Source: a virus
Length of the DNA: 64,000 nt
IMG/VR virus record: IMGVR_UViG_3300016665_000872
Span: 1 to 64,000 of that record
Reading direction: 5' to 3' (one strand)
In this document: positions 17,087 to 25,132 of the stretch, piece by piece
Layout of the letters: every line of letters begins with the position of its first letter
How positions within the stretch are numbered: the stretch's first letter is position 1
Position numbers and translations under genes: made by a program
Notes under the pieces: model-generated
The model's database searches: none
What the model was told of the DNA's origin: nothing
The model's input: only the letters and a program-made list of their open reading frames with translations

Positions 17087-17812
17087 TTGATACGGCCCAG
17101 GGCCCATCTAAGCATGGCTTCTTATGCGCGCTATAGCGACATTTACGGGATTAGCCGCCCCGACGACGTTCCTGAAGAGGAGATTCAGCGCTTCAATGAA
17201 GCCCGGGGTTTCTCCAGCCCCCATGGTGCCCAGCAGCCGCGCGAGCTTAAGGCCGGTCAGTTCTTCAAGGACGGTGAGTATGCCGTCGTCTCCGGCAATG
17301 CAGGCGAAGCGGGCTGGGGTGACCACGTTCTCCCGGGCTACAGCAAGATCGGCTACACCGACGACAAGCTGATCCTCAAGCGCAAACCCCAGCCGCAATC
17401 TGCTGCTGCGCCGGCTCCCGCCGCTCCCGCTCCCTCTCAGCCCGAGAAGCCCTACACCCCAAGCGCTGAGGTCCTGGCAGCGCGGGATCGAGTGAATGCC
17501 TGGCGTCAGTCCTCTCCCGGTGGCAGTGATGTTGACGGCCTCAAGATCGGCAGCAGCTTCCTGGACAACCTCAATGCCATCGGCGCTGAGGGGGCACGGC
17601 GCAACGACGATTACAACCGCCGCTTTATTCCAGAGCTCGAAGACCGAGCCAAGCTTGCCGCTGCTGAGATCGGCGACATCACCAGCAATCAGGTGTCCCG
17701 CCTTGATCCTGGCATCAGGCTGCCCAAGGTGCGTGACATTTACGGCCCCTCTGGCGGCATTGATCCCACCAGCCTGTTCTCCCAGATGCAGAATCTGATC
17801 AAGAACGCGTAA
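17087..17812 (+). CDS. hypothetical protein
   Basis: 241-aa ORF with an Ala/Pro linker. ATG 17114 is a possible start. Confidence 0.55.
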   Translation: MIRPRAHLSMASYARYSDIYGISRPDDVPEEEIQRFNEARGFSSPHGAQQPRELKAGQFFKDGEYAVVSGNAGEAGWGDHVLPGYSKIGYTDDKLILKRKPQPQSAAAPAPAAPAPSQPEKPYTPSAEVLAARDRVNAWRQSSPGGSDVDGLKIGSSFLDNLNAIGAEGARRNDDYNRRFIPELEDRAKLAAAEIGDITSNQVSRLDPGIRLPKVRDIYGPSGGIDPTSLFSQMQNLIKNA

Positions 17813-17883
17813 CCATTTGATGCACGCTGCAGCTTGCAGGCCGCCCGCCAGCAAGATACGCTGCGGCCAGCTGCTGATCTCTT

Positions 17884-19620
17884 GTGCTGCCGCCCTTTCG
17901 GGTTGAGCGTGTCGCCGCCTACGAGCTACCCCAGCAAACGGCGTACGTCGCGCTTCACAACGATTACGCCGAAGACTTCACGCCCAGCACATCCATCCCG
18001 GAAGATCGCTGCGGGGAGATCGCCGTTGAGCGCCTGCTCAGTGGCAATCGTGGTCACTACGGGTGCTACTCGGCGGACACATCTGTCATGACCGCTCGTG
18101 GCTGGGTCGCCTGGCCGGAGGTCACCTGCGACGATCAATTGCTTGCCGTTGACATCGAAACCGGCTCTGCGCAGTTTGAGCGTCCGACTGCGCTCTTTGC
18201 TCAAGACGTTCTCCCTGGAGATCGTCTCTATCACGCACGATCACAGCGAATTGACCTTTTGGTCACCCACGACCACCGAATGGTTGTGTCCCACCGCCAG
18301 GGCGGCGGCACCTGGTCATCGTTCCGGTTTCGCAATGCATGTGATGTTGCTGGTCGAGCCGTTCGTTATCGGATGACCGCGGAGCTGAGCGAAGACCAGC
18401 GCAGCCTCCCGCTCGATCTGCCGACCGGTGTCTCGGCCATGGATGCTTTACGTGTTGCTGGTTTCTACTTTGGCGACGGCGTTCGCAGTAGTAGTCACTC
18501 CCCTGTAGTGCTTCGGTTCAGGCTGCGCCGTCCACGAAAAATCGAGTATCTGGAGGGGCTTGCTTCGTCCGTTGGCGTTTTAGAACCCCGTACCAGCGAT
18601 CGCTACACGCTCAAGTGCGGTCCTTTGGCGTCATGGGTTGAACGCCACTTCAAGTCCGAGTCCGGTAAAACGGTCCCCGATTGGCTTATCTCTCTGCCTC
18701 GAGCCGAGTTCCTATCCTTTTTAGACGGTCTGCGCCATAGTGACGGGACTCGGTTTAAGGCTAGTACCTCCCAGGGCGGTGAGAGCTGGGCCCTCGACTC
18801 CTGCGAGTACACGGCATTGCGCAAGATACAGGCGGCCTCGGTAATGAATCACATTGCCACCTACCTGTTTCCCAACCACCCCAACGCTGGCCAAGGGCAT
18901 GAAAATCATCGCCCTTGCTGGCGGTTGACTTTCAGCCACGATCGTACTTTTGCGCGATTTGAAGCCTGCCAACGCCGTACTCGTGGTCTTGAGCAGGCAG
19001 TCCCCTACGAGGGCAAGGTCTATTGCGCCACGGTCTCAACCGGTGCACTCCTTGTTGAGCGCAATGGCAAGCCAATTGTCAGCGGAAACTGTCTAGAACA
19101 CGCCTCCCTGACCCTGGCGATCCAGGCGGATCACAACACGATCATGCAGCTCAGGACCCATCGCCTGGGCTCTTTTGACGTGCAATCCATGCGATACACC
19201 GGTTCTCGCATCGAGAAAGTTGCTAGCGGCGAGCTGCAGCCCGAGGAGGTCTTCTACGTCCGCCCCCCAGGGAACTACCGCGACCGCCAGGGCGATCCCT
19301 ACGCATGGACCCAGGAGCAGGTCGATGAGTGTCTTGCCATCGCCCTTTCCTCTGCCATGGATTACACCCGGCTGCGCGAGCAGGGTGTCTCCGAGGAGCA
19401 CGCCCGCGGTGTGCTGATCACCAGCTATTTCCAGAACGCAGTCGTCACCTTCAATGCTCGCGGCTGGCTGCACCTGCTGGACATCCGCCTCAAGGCCGAT
19501 GCCCAGTGGGAAATGCGCTGCCTGATGGAGATGGTCGAGCGCGAAGTGCAGCGCTGGATCCCTGAAATCCATGCCTGGTGGGCGCAGAACCGCCGCGGCA
19601 AAGCCCGCCTTGCCCCCTGA
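17884..19620 (+). CDS. thyX: flavin-dependent thymidylate synthase ThyX, interrupted by an intein
   Basis: The exteins ..SGNRGHYG | CLEHASLTLAIQADHNTIMQLRTHRLGSFDVQSMRYTG.. match the ThyX HxxxLEH and RHR..S..S.RY regions. A 342-aa insert lies between them. Confidence 0.85.
   Translation: MLPPFRVERVAAYELPQQTAYVALHNDYAEDFTPSTSIPEDRCGEIAVERLLSGNRGHYGCYSADTSVMTARGWVAWPEVTCDDQLLAVDIETGSAQFERPTALFAQDVLPGDRLYHARSQRIDLLVTHDHRMVVSHRQGGGTWSSFRFRNACDVAGRAVRYRMTAELSEDQRSLPLDLPTGVSAMDALRVAGFYFGDGVRSSSHSPVVLRFRLRRPRKIEYLEGLASSVGVLEPRTSDRYTLKCGPLASWVERHFKSESGKTVPDWLISLPRAEFLSFLDGLRHSDGTRFKASTSQGGESWALDSCEYTALRKIQAASVMNHIATYLFPNHPNAGQGHENHRPCWRLTFSHDRTFARFEACQRRTRGLEQAVPYEGKVYCATVSTGALLVERNGKPIVSGNCLEHASLTLAIQADHNTIMQLRTHRLGSFDVQSMRYTGSRIEKVASGELQPEEVFYVRPPGNYRDRQGDPYAWTQEQVDECLAIALSSAMDYTRLREQGVSEEHARGVLITSYFQNAVVTFNARGWLHLLDIRLKADAQWEMRCLMEMVEREVQRWIPEIHAWWAQNRRGKARLAP
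18064..19089 (+). mobile_element. ThyX intein with LAGLIDADG homing-endonuclease domain
   Basis: It starts CYSADTSVMT, has THDHRM (block B-like) and ends ..VERNGKPIVSGN, followed by +1 Cys. Endonuclease motifs are VAGFYFGDGV and FLDGLRHSDGT. It is 1026 nt and in frame. Confidence 0.8.
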
Positions 19621-19623
19621 GCG

Positions 19624-20067
19624 ATGCCCCGTCCCACCAAGCTCGAGCTGCTGCAGCGGCTCTTCCCGGAACTCAAGCAACCCGCCAGCAAAGGGGAAAG
19701 AGAAGCGGCCATCCGCTTCAACACCCTGGCCTGTGAAGCAATTCTGGCGGACTGGATCCGCATCCATGACCTCGGCTTTGAGCGCGATGGTCGCGGTGTG
19801 CTTTGCCTGCGGCTCCACAGGGACGCCAAGGAGAGCTCATTCCTGCCGCTGGACGCCCTGCAGCAGGACCGCGACCAGGCCCGCAAGGATGGCGCTGATG
19901 AGCTGGTGTCCTTCCTCGATGACGCCATCCGTCAGATCGAGCGCACCAACCCCAATAAGGCCGTCCTGGTCATGCTGCTCGACAACTCCGGCGCTCAGGT
20001 CTTTGCGATTGACCGCGAGCATCCAGCTAAGGCGATCGAAAGCGCCCTTGAGGAGTTCGCGCAGTAA
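19624..20067 (+). CDS. hypothetical protein
   Basis: 147-aa ORF, tightly packed. Confidence 0.6.
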   Translation: MPRPTKLELLQRLFPELKQPASKGEREAAIRFNTLACEAILADWIRIHDLGFERDGRGVLCLRLHRDAKESSFLPLDALQQDRDQARKDGADELVSFLDDAIRQIERTNPNKAVLVMLLDNSGAQVFAIDREHPAKAIESALEEFAQ

Positions 20068-20687
20068 TGGAGCGCCCCGATCGCTGTGATCTGGCCCCGC
20101 CCCTTGATGTGATCCAGGCAGCCCGCAGCACCATGGGGGCCATTGACCTGGATCCCTACGGCTCGGCCCACAACAACGAGCTGGTGATCGCGGCCCGGTA
20201 TTACGACCGCGATACCGAGGACTTCAATATGGTGATCGCCCGGGACTGGGATTGCCCAGGCGAAGGCCGCGTCTTCATTGGCCCTCCAGCCGGCGCCGGG
20301 GCTACGCGGCGTCTGCTCAACAAGTGCCTGCGGGAGTACCGCGCTGGCCGCATCCAGCAGGCCGTGATTTGGGTCGCGCATAACGAAACCCTGATCCGCG
20401 CGCCGTGGGTCTGGGATTTTCCGATTTGCATCCCCTTTCGGCGCCTGCGTCCCTGTTACTGGGATGACGAACTCGAGGAATGGCGCACCATCTCACCATC
20501 GGATTGGTCGGCCATCGTCTACCTGCCGCCGGCCTCCCCGCCTGAAGCCTTCTACACCAAGCTCTCGCGCTTTCACGTGTCCTTCAACGCCATTGGCCGC
20601 ATTGTCTTTGATGCCAACAGCGGCGAAGACGAATGGGTCCGCCCCTACGAGGTGCTGACCGGCAAGCCCTACAACTACCGCGAATGA
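20067..20687 (+). CDS. phage Dam-like DNA methyltransferase fold with degenerate catalytic motif
   Basis: GAIDLDPYGS...W...GRVFIGPPAG parallels the phage N6A-MTase layout (lDpaa ... vw.NPPY), but NPPY is replaced by GPPA. Confidence 0.4.
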   Translation: MERPDRCDLAPPLDVIQAARSTMGAIDLDPYGSAHNNELVIAARYYDRDTEDFNMVIARDWDCPGEGRVFIGPPAGAGATRRLLNKCLREYRAGRIQQAVIWVAHNETLIRAPWVWDFPICIPFRRLRPCYWDDELEEWRTISPSDWSAIVYLPPASPPEAFYTKLSRFHVSFNAIGRIVFDANSGEDEWVRPYEVLTGKPYNYRE

Positions 20688-20690
20688 GCG

Positions 20691-21191
20691 ATGGTGCTCC
20701 ACGTTCCTGGTTCGGAGCAGCCCTCCGACGAGTTTCTGACACCTACTGGCGAGTGGTATTCGATCTACCGGGCGATCACCTTTGACAACTGGTTGATGTG
20801 GAAGCACGCGCTGCCAGAGGAACCCGCGCAGCGCCGCCGTCTCACCGCCGAAGTCTTCCACGAGGTCCAAGCTCTGGCGCGCCGCATCCATGAGCTCCAC
20901 ACCACCATGCAGGAGTACCGCCGCCTGGCCGATACCCCGTTCCAGGTCAGCCGCTGGTGGGATCCCGACGGCGAAGAACCCTGGCGGTGCGGACGCCGTG
21001 TCCTACTGCGGCACAAAGCCTTCACGGCCAAACAATTCATGCGCTACAAACCGCAGCGCTCACCCCTGAAGGCCCGCATCGTCAGCGAGCACTGGATGGA
21101 ATTGGAACTCACGCCCCTGCCGAGTCCGGCAGCTGCCGCGCCTCCCACATCGAACGGCGAGCGCCAAGAGCTCCGCTGCCCTGGTCCTTGA
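20691..21191 (+). CDS. hypothetical protein
   Basis: 166-aa ORF. Confidence 0.55.
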   Translation: MVLHVPGSEQPSDEFLTPTGEWYSIYRAITFDNWLMWKHALPEEPAQRRRLTAEVFHEVQALARRIHELHTTMQEYRRLADTPFQVSRWWDPDGEEPWRCGRRVLLRHKAFTAKQFMRYKPQRSPLKARIVSEHWMELELTPLPSPAAAAPPTSNGERQELRCPGP

Positions 21192-21423
21192 AGATCGCGC
21201 CTCTGTCCTTGGAGAGCGCAGCCCGTTCCGCCAGGGTGCTCAGCCCGCTGTTGCCGCCGATGCTCTGACTGCCGCCTGTACTGCCGCCATAGCTCTGGGC
21301 GAAGCTGGCCTGCTGCTTGGCGACACCGAGGTAGCGGCGCACCAGGGCATCACCGCGGCTGGATCTGCTGTCCGCTGCGCGAGTGCCGTTGTAGAAGCGG
21401 GACTGGCTGTAACGGCGGTCCAT
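21109..21423 (-). CDS. hypothetical protein (doubtful)
   Basis: 104-aa Ser/Gly/Arg-rich ORF. It is convergent with 20691..21191 and overlaps it by 83 nt. Confidence 0.3.
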   Translation of the reverse strand: MDRRYSQSRFYNGTRAADSRSSRGDALVRRYLGVAKQQASFAQSYGGSTGGSQSIGGNSGLSTLAERAALSKDRGAIFKDQGSGALGARRSMWEARQLPDSAGA

Positions 21424-21496
21424 GCATGCTAGGGCGGGCGCACTGCTTGCCCTGGCGCCTGCATCTCCTTATCCTAGGCCCAATTGCTGGCGGCCC

Positions 21497-21979
21497 ATGA
21501 AGACGCGCTTCGATCTGATTCCCTTCGAAGCCGTGGGTGAAATCGCCGATGTGATGGCTTTTGGTGCCAGTAAATACGGCGAACGCAACTGGTGCCGCGG
21601 AACCGAATGGGGCCGCTATTTTGCTGCCCTCTGCCGCCACATCTTCGCCTGGTGGCGCGGCGAAGACCAGGACCCTGAGACGGGTTTGTCCCACCTGGCC
21701 CACGCCGGTTGCTGCTTGATCTTCTTGATGGAATACCAGCGCCATGGCTGGGGCCGGGACGATCGATTCCGCGGCCCTGATCAAGAGGCCTTCCGCAAAG
21801 ATGATGGCCGCTCTGGTAGCTCTGGTAGCGATCTGGACTGGAGCCAGATCGGCCACCTGCCTAGTGGCAATGCCCCGACATCCAAGCTGTGCTGGGTTGA
21901 TCCCAGCGGCAGTCAGCAATGCAAGGAATTGGTCGGCGCCGTGGGGACCAGCGCCGATGATGACGACGGCCTGGACTGA
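21497..21979 (+). CDS. DUF5664 / MazG-like nucleotide pyrophosphohydrolase-domain protein
   Basis: MKTRFDLIPFEAVGEIADVMAFGASKYGERNWCRG...ALCRHIFAWWRGEDQDPETGLSHLAHAGCCLIFL fits the dLiP..al..va.vl..Ga.KY..rNW.kG...RH...D.esG..HLaha pattern. This is recalled from memory. Confidence 0.5.
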   Translation: MKTRFDLIPFEAVGEIADVMAFGASKYGERNWCRGTEWGRYFAALCRHIFAWWRGEDQDPETGLSHLAHAGCCLIFLMEYQRHGWGRDDRFRGPDQEAFRKDDGRSGSSGSDLDWSQIGHLPSGNAPTSKLCWVDPSGSQQCKELVGAVGTSADDDDGLD

Positions 21980-21981
21980 GT

Positions 21982-22434
21982 TCAGCTGATCCCGAACTCC
22001 TGATTGATGCGGTTGATCCGCTCGTTCAGGGCGCTGAGCTGGTTGTTGATCGCTGCATTCAGGTCACTCGGGGGAGCTGGAGCGCCAAAGACAGCGGCCT
22101 GACGGGCTGCCTGCTGCTGCATGGCGGCCTGCTGGCGCTGGGCCTCGATCTGAGCGGCCTTGGCAAAAGCGCTTTGCACCTCCTCCCGGGTGATCAGCGC
22201 AGGGATTGCCTCCTCGAGTTTGCTGCCCCGGGCGTCAAGTCCAGCCGTGAAATCCTCGACTGCTCCGAGGCCCGCTTCCAGCTGTGCGACGCGTTTGAGC
22301 ACGGTTTCCTGAACGGCGCCCTGCTGCTGCAGGCGCTGCGCGAGTCCCCGGCGGCCCATGCTGAGCACCAGGGCCTGCCCGGTGGCCATGCCGATGATGC
22401 CGCAGGCGGCGCCAGTGAGCAAAGTGGTGATCAT
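21982..22434 (-). CDS. membrane-anchored coiled-coil protein (lysis cassette, spanin-like position)
   Basis: N-terminal TM segment (LLTGAACGIIGMATGQALVL) followed by a long Q/A-rich helix. Last gene of the lysis operon. Confidence 0.55.
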   Translation of the reverse strand: MITTLLTGAACGIIGMATGQALVLSMGRRGLAQRLQQQGAVQETVLKRVAQLEAGLGAVEDFTAGLDARGSKLEEAIPALITREEVQSAFAKAAQIEAQRQQAAMQQQAARQAAVFGAPAPPSDLNAAINNQLSALNERINRINQEFGIS

Positions 22435-22883
22435 CGAATGGCCTGTTTGACAGCGTGGATAGCGGTGGTCAGGGTGTAGCCCCGGCCGATGACGTCCTCA
22501 ATGGCGTCGTAGATCTTGTCCTCCTGGCTCTGGGCTGGAATCTTGTAGCCCGTCTTGCCGGCAGCGATGGCAGGAGACCAGCGCTTAAGGATTTCACCGG
22601 CGGCGAAGCTCACTTCATCGGAGCTGAGTTCGCCATCGGCCAGGACGGCGGTGATCAATTCAGCGGCGAACTGGACATCACTGCCCCGGTAGTTCGCCAG
22701 GTGATCATTGAGCAGCGGATCCAGGATGGTGAACGCACGGCGCATGACTGGCAGCGCCTTGCGCAACCGCAGGTGCCGCAGAACAGCGTTGGCTGCGATG
22801 GGCAGACCAATGGCGCCTGCGCTCAAGACGACCGGAGCGACAATGGCCAAGTCAGGGGCCATGGCGGTCATGATGAACGACAC
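22431..22883 (-). CDS. membrane protein (holin candidate by position)
   Basis: N-terminal hydrophobic segment (LAIVAPVVLSAGAIGLPIAANAVL), directly downstream of the endolysin. The function is not proven. Confidence 0.5.
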   Translation of the reverse strand: MSFIMTAMAPDLAIVAPVVLSAGAIGLPIAANAVLRHLRLRKALPVMRRAFTILDPLLNDHLANYRGSDVQFAAELITAVLADGELSSDEVSFAAGEILKRWSPAIAAGKTGYKIPAQSQEDKIYDAIEDVIGRGYTLTTAIHAVKQAIR

Positions 22884-22907
22884 GGCTAATGTAACCGGCT
22901 TCTTTGC

Positions 22908-23969
22908 TTAGCCCTTCGGGTACAAGCTGAAGGCTTCCTGCACACCGGCCAGGATGCGATTGGCGGCAGCACGCGGTAGTCGGCCGCTCGGCAGGGCGAA
23001 ATGAATGTGCTCGTGGTGACCGCCGACCGGGTCATAACCCGGGTGGAAGATCTCGGCCTGGTTCCCCAGCACCGAGCGGGCCACATCGCCGATGTGCTTC
23101 TTGCGCGCCTTCCAGCTGCCGTCGTTCCAGTCGGTGATGTCCAGAGCTCGGTCCTTGTAATGCCAAGAGTTCTGGCTGTGCTTGCCGACGGGGCCAAAGG
23201 CAGGGTGCTGGCCGACCCGTAGGCCCTGGCGCTGCAGCTCCCGCCCGAAACTCACCAGATCCACGCTGTCTCCATCGCCCTTGACTGCGGCATCGATGGC
23301 CGGCAGGACGCCGCCAGCTGATGGCGCGGCAGAGGCGGGCGCGGTGGTCTGGGGCCTGCTGTCCGAGAAGACGGCGCTCAGGGCATCAGCAATGCCTGGT
23401 GCCTCGGCAGCGAAGCGCTGAGCGCCGGTTGCCGCGCCAATCGGAGCCAGCCCTGCTGCAGCAATCGCCCCGATATTGAAACCCTGCCCCGACGGCTTGG
23501 GTGCTGCCGGGGTCTGCTCAGGGGGTGCCAGCAGGCTGGCCAGGCTGAATCCACTGGGGTCGGCTCCGCCTCCGCCCGGGGTTGCGCCACCACCGGCTGC
23601 GGCAGCTTGCTGCGCGCCGGGCAGGTATTGGGCGTGCTTCCCGCTTCTGTAGACGCTCCAGGCGTTCCAGCCCTGGCTGTCACGAATCGCCTTGGCTGCT
23701 CGCAGATTGGTGATCGGATCAAACAGATCCTCATTCGAGGACAGTCCGAATTGCTTCAGGCGAGCAGGACCCAGGCCTCCGATCATGTTGACCTGAGTGA
23801 GCCCGTAAGAGCGATCACCGGTCGCTGGATTGTCATTGAGCGCCCCACTGCGACCGCCCGATTCCGCCATCGCAATCGCAGCGATCTTGGGCGCTTCATC
23901 GGCGGACCACCCTGCCTGCTGGGCCAGTTGCACCAGCTGAGAGACGCCGAACTGACCGCCCTGGGACAT
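22908..23969 (-). CDS. endolysin: lytic transglycosylase (SLT) + LAS/M15-type metallopeptidase
   Basis: N-terminal AMAESGG...YGLTQVN (SLT). C-terminal WHYKDRALDI and GGHHEHIHF (HxxxxxxD, HxH zinc peptidase). A Gly/Ala linker joins them. Confidence 0.8.
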   Translation of the reverse strand: MSQGGQFGVSQLVQLAQQAGWSADEAPKIAAIAMAESGGRSGALNDNPATGDRSYGLTQVNMIGGLGPARLKQFGLSSNEDLFDPITNLRAAKAIRDSQGWNAWSVYRSGKHAQYLPGAQQAAAAGGGATPGGGGADPSGFSLASLLAPPEQTPAAPKPSGQGFNIGAIAAAGLAPIGAATGAQRFAAEAPGIADALSAVFSDSRPQTTAPASAAPSAGGVLPAIDAAVKGDGDSVDLVSFGRELQRQGLRVGQHPAFGPVGKHSQNSWHYKDRALDITDWNDGSWKARKKHIGDVARSVLGNQAEIFHPGYDPVGGHHEHIHFALPSGRLPRAAANRILAGVQEAFSLYPKG

Positions 23970-23971
23970 TG

Positions 23972-24322
23972 CTATTCGTCTTCGTCCGGAGTTAGGACGA
24001 TTTCATCCATGTCAAGTTCCATTGTGGCACTTTCCCATTGATGCTTGAGATAGGCCTTCTTTTCATCTTCTGTTGGCACATATCCAAGAGCTTTCTTGTA
24101 ATCCTCTTCGGTTTCAGGCTGCCGCCAGGGACGCCTCTCCTGCAGCATGAAGATGAAGCCAGCGTCCCGGCTCATCGACAGAAAGGTCTGCTTGAGCCGA
24201 AACCGCGCCTCCCAGGAATCGCACAATGCGTCGATGAGCTCCCCTCGGTCCAGCTTCTGCGCTTCCACTCGAACGCGCTTGAGCAGGTACTCCTGCTCGG
24301 TCGTCAGCTGATCGTCCGACAT
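23972..24322 (-). CDS. hypothetical protein, NblA-like N-terminal region
   Basis: QLTTEQEYLLKRVRVEAQKLDRGELIDALCDSWEARFRLKQTFL resembles the NblA consensus (LSLEQeF.lr....qv..ms.eqa..fl..ly.qm). A KHQW motif occurs further downstream. The 5' 209 nt overlap the HNH ORF. Confidence 0.5.
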   Translation of the reverse strand: MSDDQLTTEQEYLLKRVRVEAQKLDRGELIDALCDSWEARFRLKQTFLSMSRDAGFIFMLQERRPWRQPETEEDYKKALGYVPTEDEKKAYLKHQWESATMELDMDEIVLTPDEDE

Positions 24323-24707
24323 CGATGTCCTCGCGCAAAGGATTCGTGAAGTCGCTCAGTGACGAGCGCTCCGGCTTCAGCCACGCCTTAATTCTGGCGG
24401 CGCGCTCAGGGCAGAAGAAGCTCTGCTGAACGTACCAGCCGTACCAGTCCCGCTCGCTGCCCTTGGCTGTATTGCAGCGCCGGCAGGCAGGCACCAGGTT
24501 GGAGCGCAGATCAGCCCCGCCAAACGCCCTGGGCCGCACATGATCCAGGGTCATGGTCAGTGGCTCGCCCCGCTCGCCGGAGTTCCTGCCGCAGTAGGCG
24601 CAGCAGCCCCACTCATCCTTGATCGATTGGCGAAACCGGCGGCGAGCGGCGCCGGGTGAGAGATCGATGAGGCTGAACACATAGTTATCCCAGTGTTCTG
24701 GCGTCAT
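24114..24707 (-). CDS. HNH endonuclease
   Basis: CAYCG...LDHVRPRAFGG..NLVPACRRCNTAKG is a classic HNHc motif. The C-terminal roughly 70 aa are low complexity and overlap the next gene. Confidence 0.75.
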   Translation of the reverse strand: MTPEHWDNYVFSLIDLSPGAARRRFRQSIKDEWGCCAYCGRNSGERGEPLTMTLDHVRPRAFGGADLRSNLVPACRRCNTAKGSERDWYGWYVQQSFFCPERAARIKAWLKPERSSLSDFTNPLREDIDVGRSADDRAGVPAQARSSGSAEAGPRGAHRRIVRFLGGAVSAQADLSVDEPGRWLHLHAAGEASLAAA

Positions 24708-24841
24708 CCGCCCAGTTCAATTGCGCCCAAGCTATGGGCCGCGCCGTTGAGCACAACGAGAGCCGCCGCTGCGACCTGCCTAGGATCTTCTCTTGCGCAC
24801 TGACCGCCAGGGCTTACAGTCACCGCGTCCGCCCTGGTCCC

Positions 24842-25129
24842 ATGACGGAGGAAGGCCGCCGTCTTTCAGCCCGCATTGATCAGCTCGAGGAGCGCATCCG
24901 GGCGATTCAGGAACTCCTGGAGGTCCAGCACGGCAAGGTCTGGTTGAACCGATCGGAGGCCTGCAAGCTGCTCAACGTCAGCTCGCGCCATCTCTTTGAC
25001 CTGATTACCCGCGGCGTAATCCGCGGTGATGCCCTGCGCAATGTCGGCACCGCTCGGCGGCCCCGTTACGTCTTCCACCGTGAGAAGGCCCTCAACCAGT
25101 ACATCAGCCGGGCCGCCGCCAAGGTCTAG
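24842..25129 (+). CDS. excisionase-family HTH DNA-binding protein
   Basis: VWLNRSEACKLLNVSSRHLFDLITRGVIRG is an HTH_17/Xis-like motif. The gene is adjacent and convergent to the integrase. ORF-track ORF 24734..25129 was trimmed to ATG 24842. Confidence 0.55.
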   Translation: MTEEGRRLSARIDQLEERIRAIQELLEVQHGKVWLNRSEACKLLNVSSRHLFDLITRGVIRGDALRNVGTARRPRYVFHREKALNQYISRAAAKV

Positions 25130-25132
25130 GCC

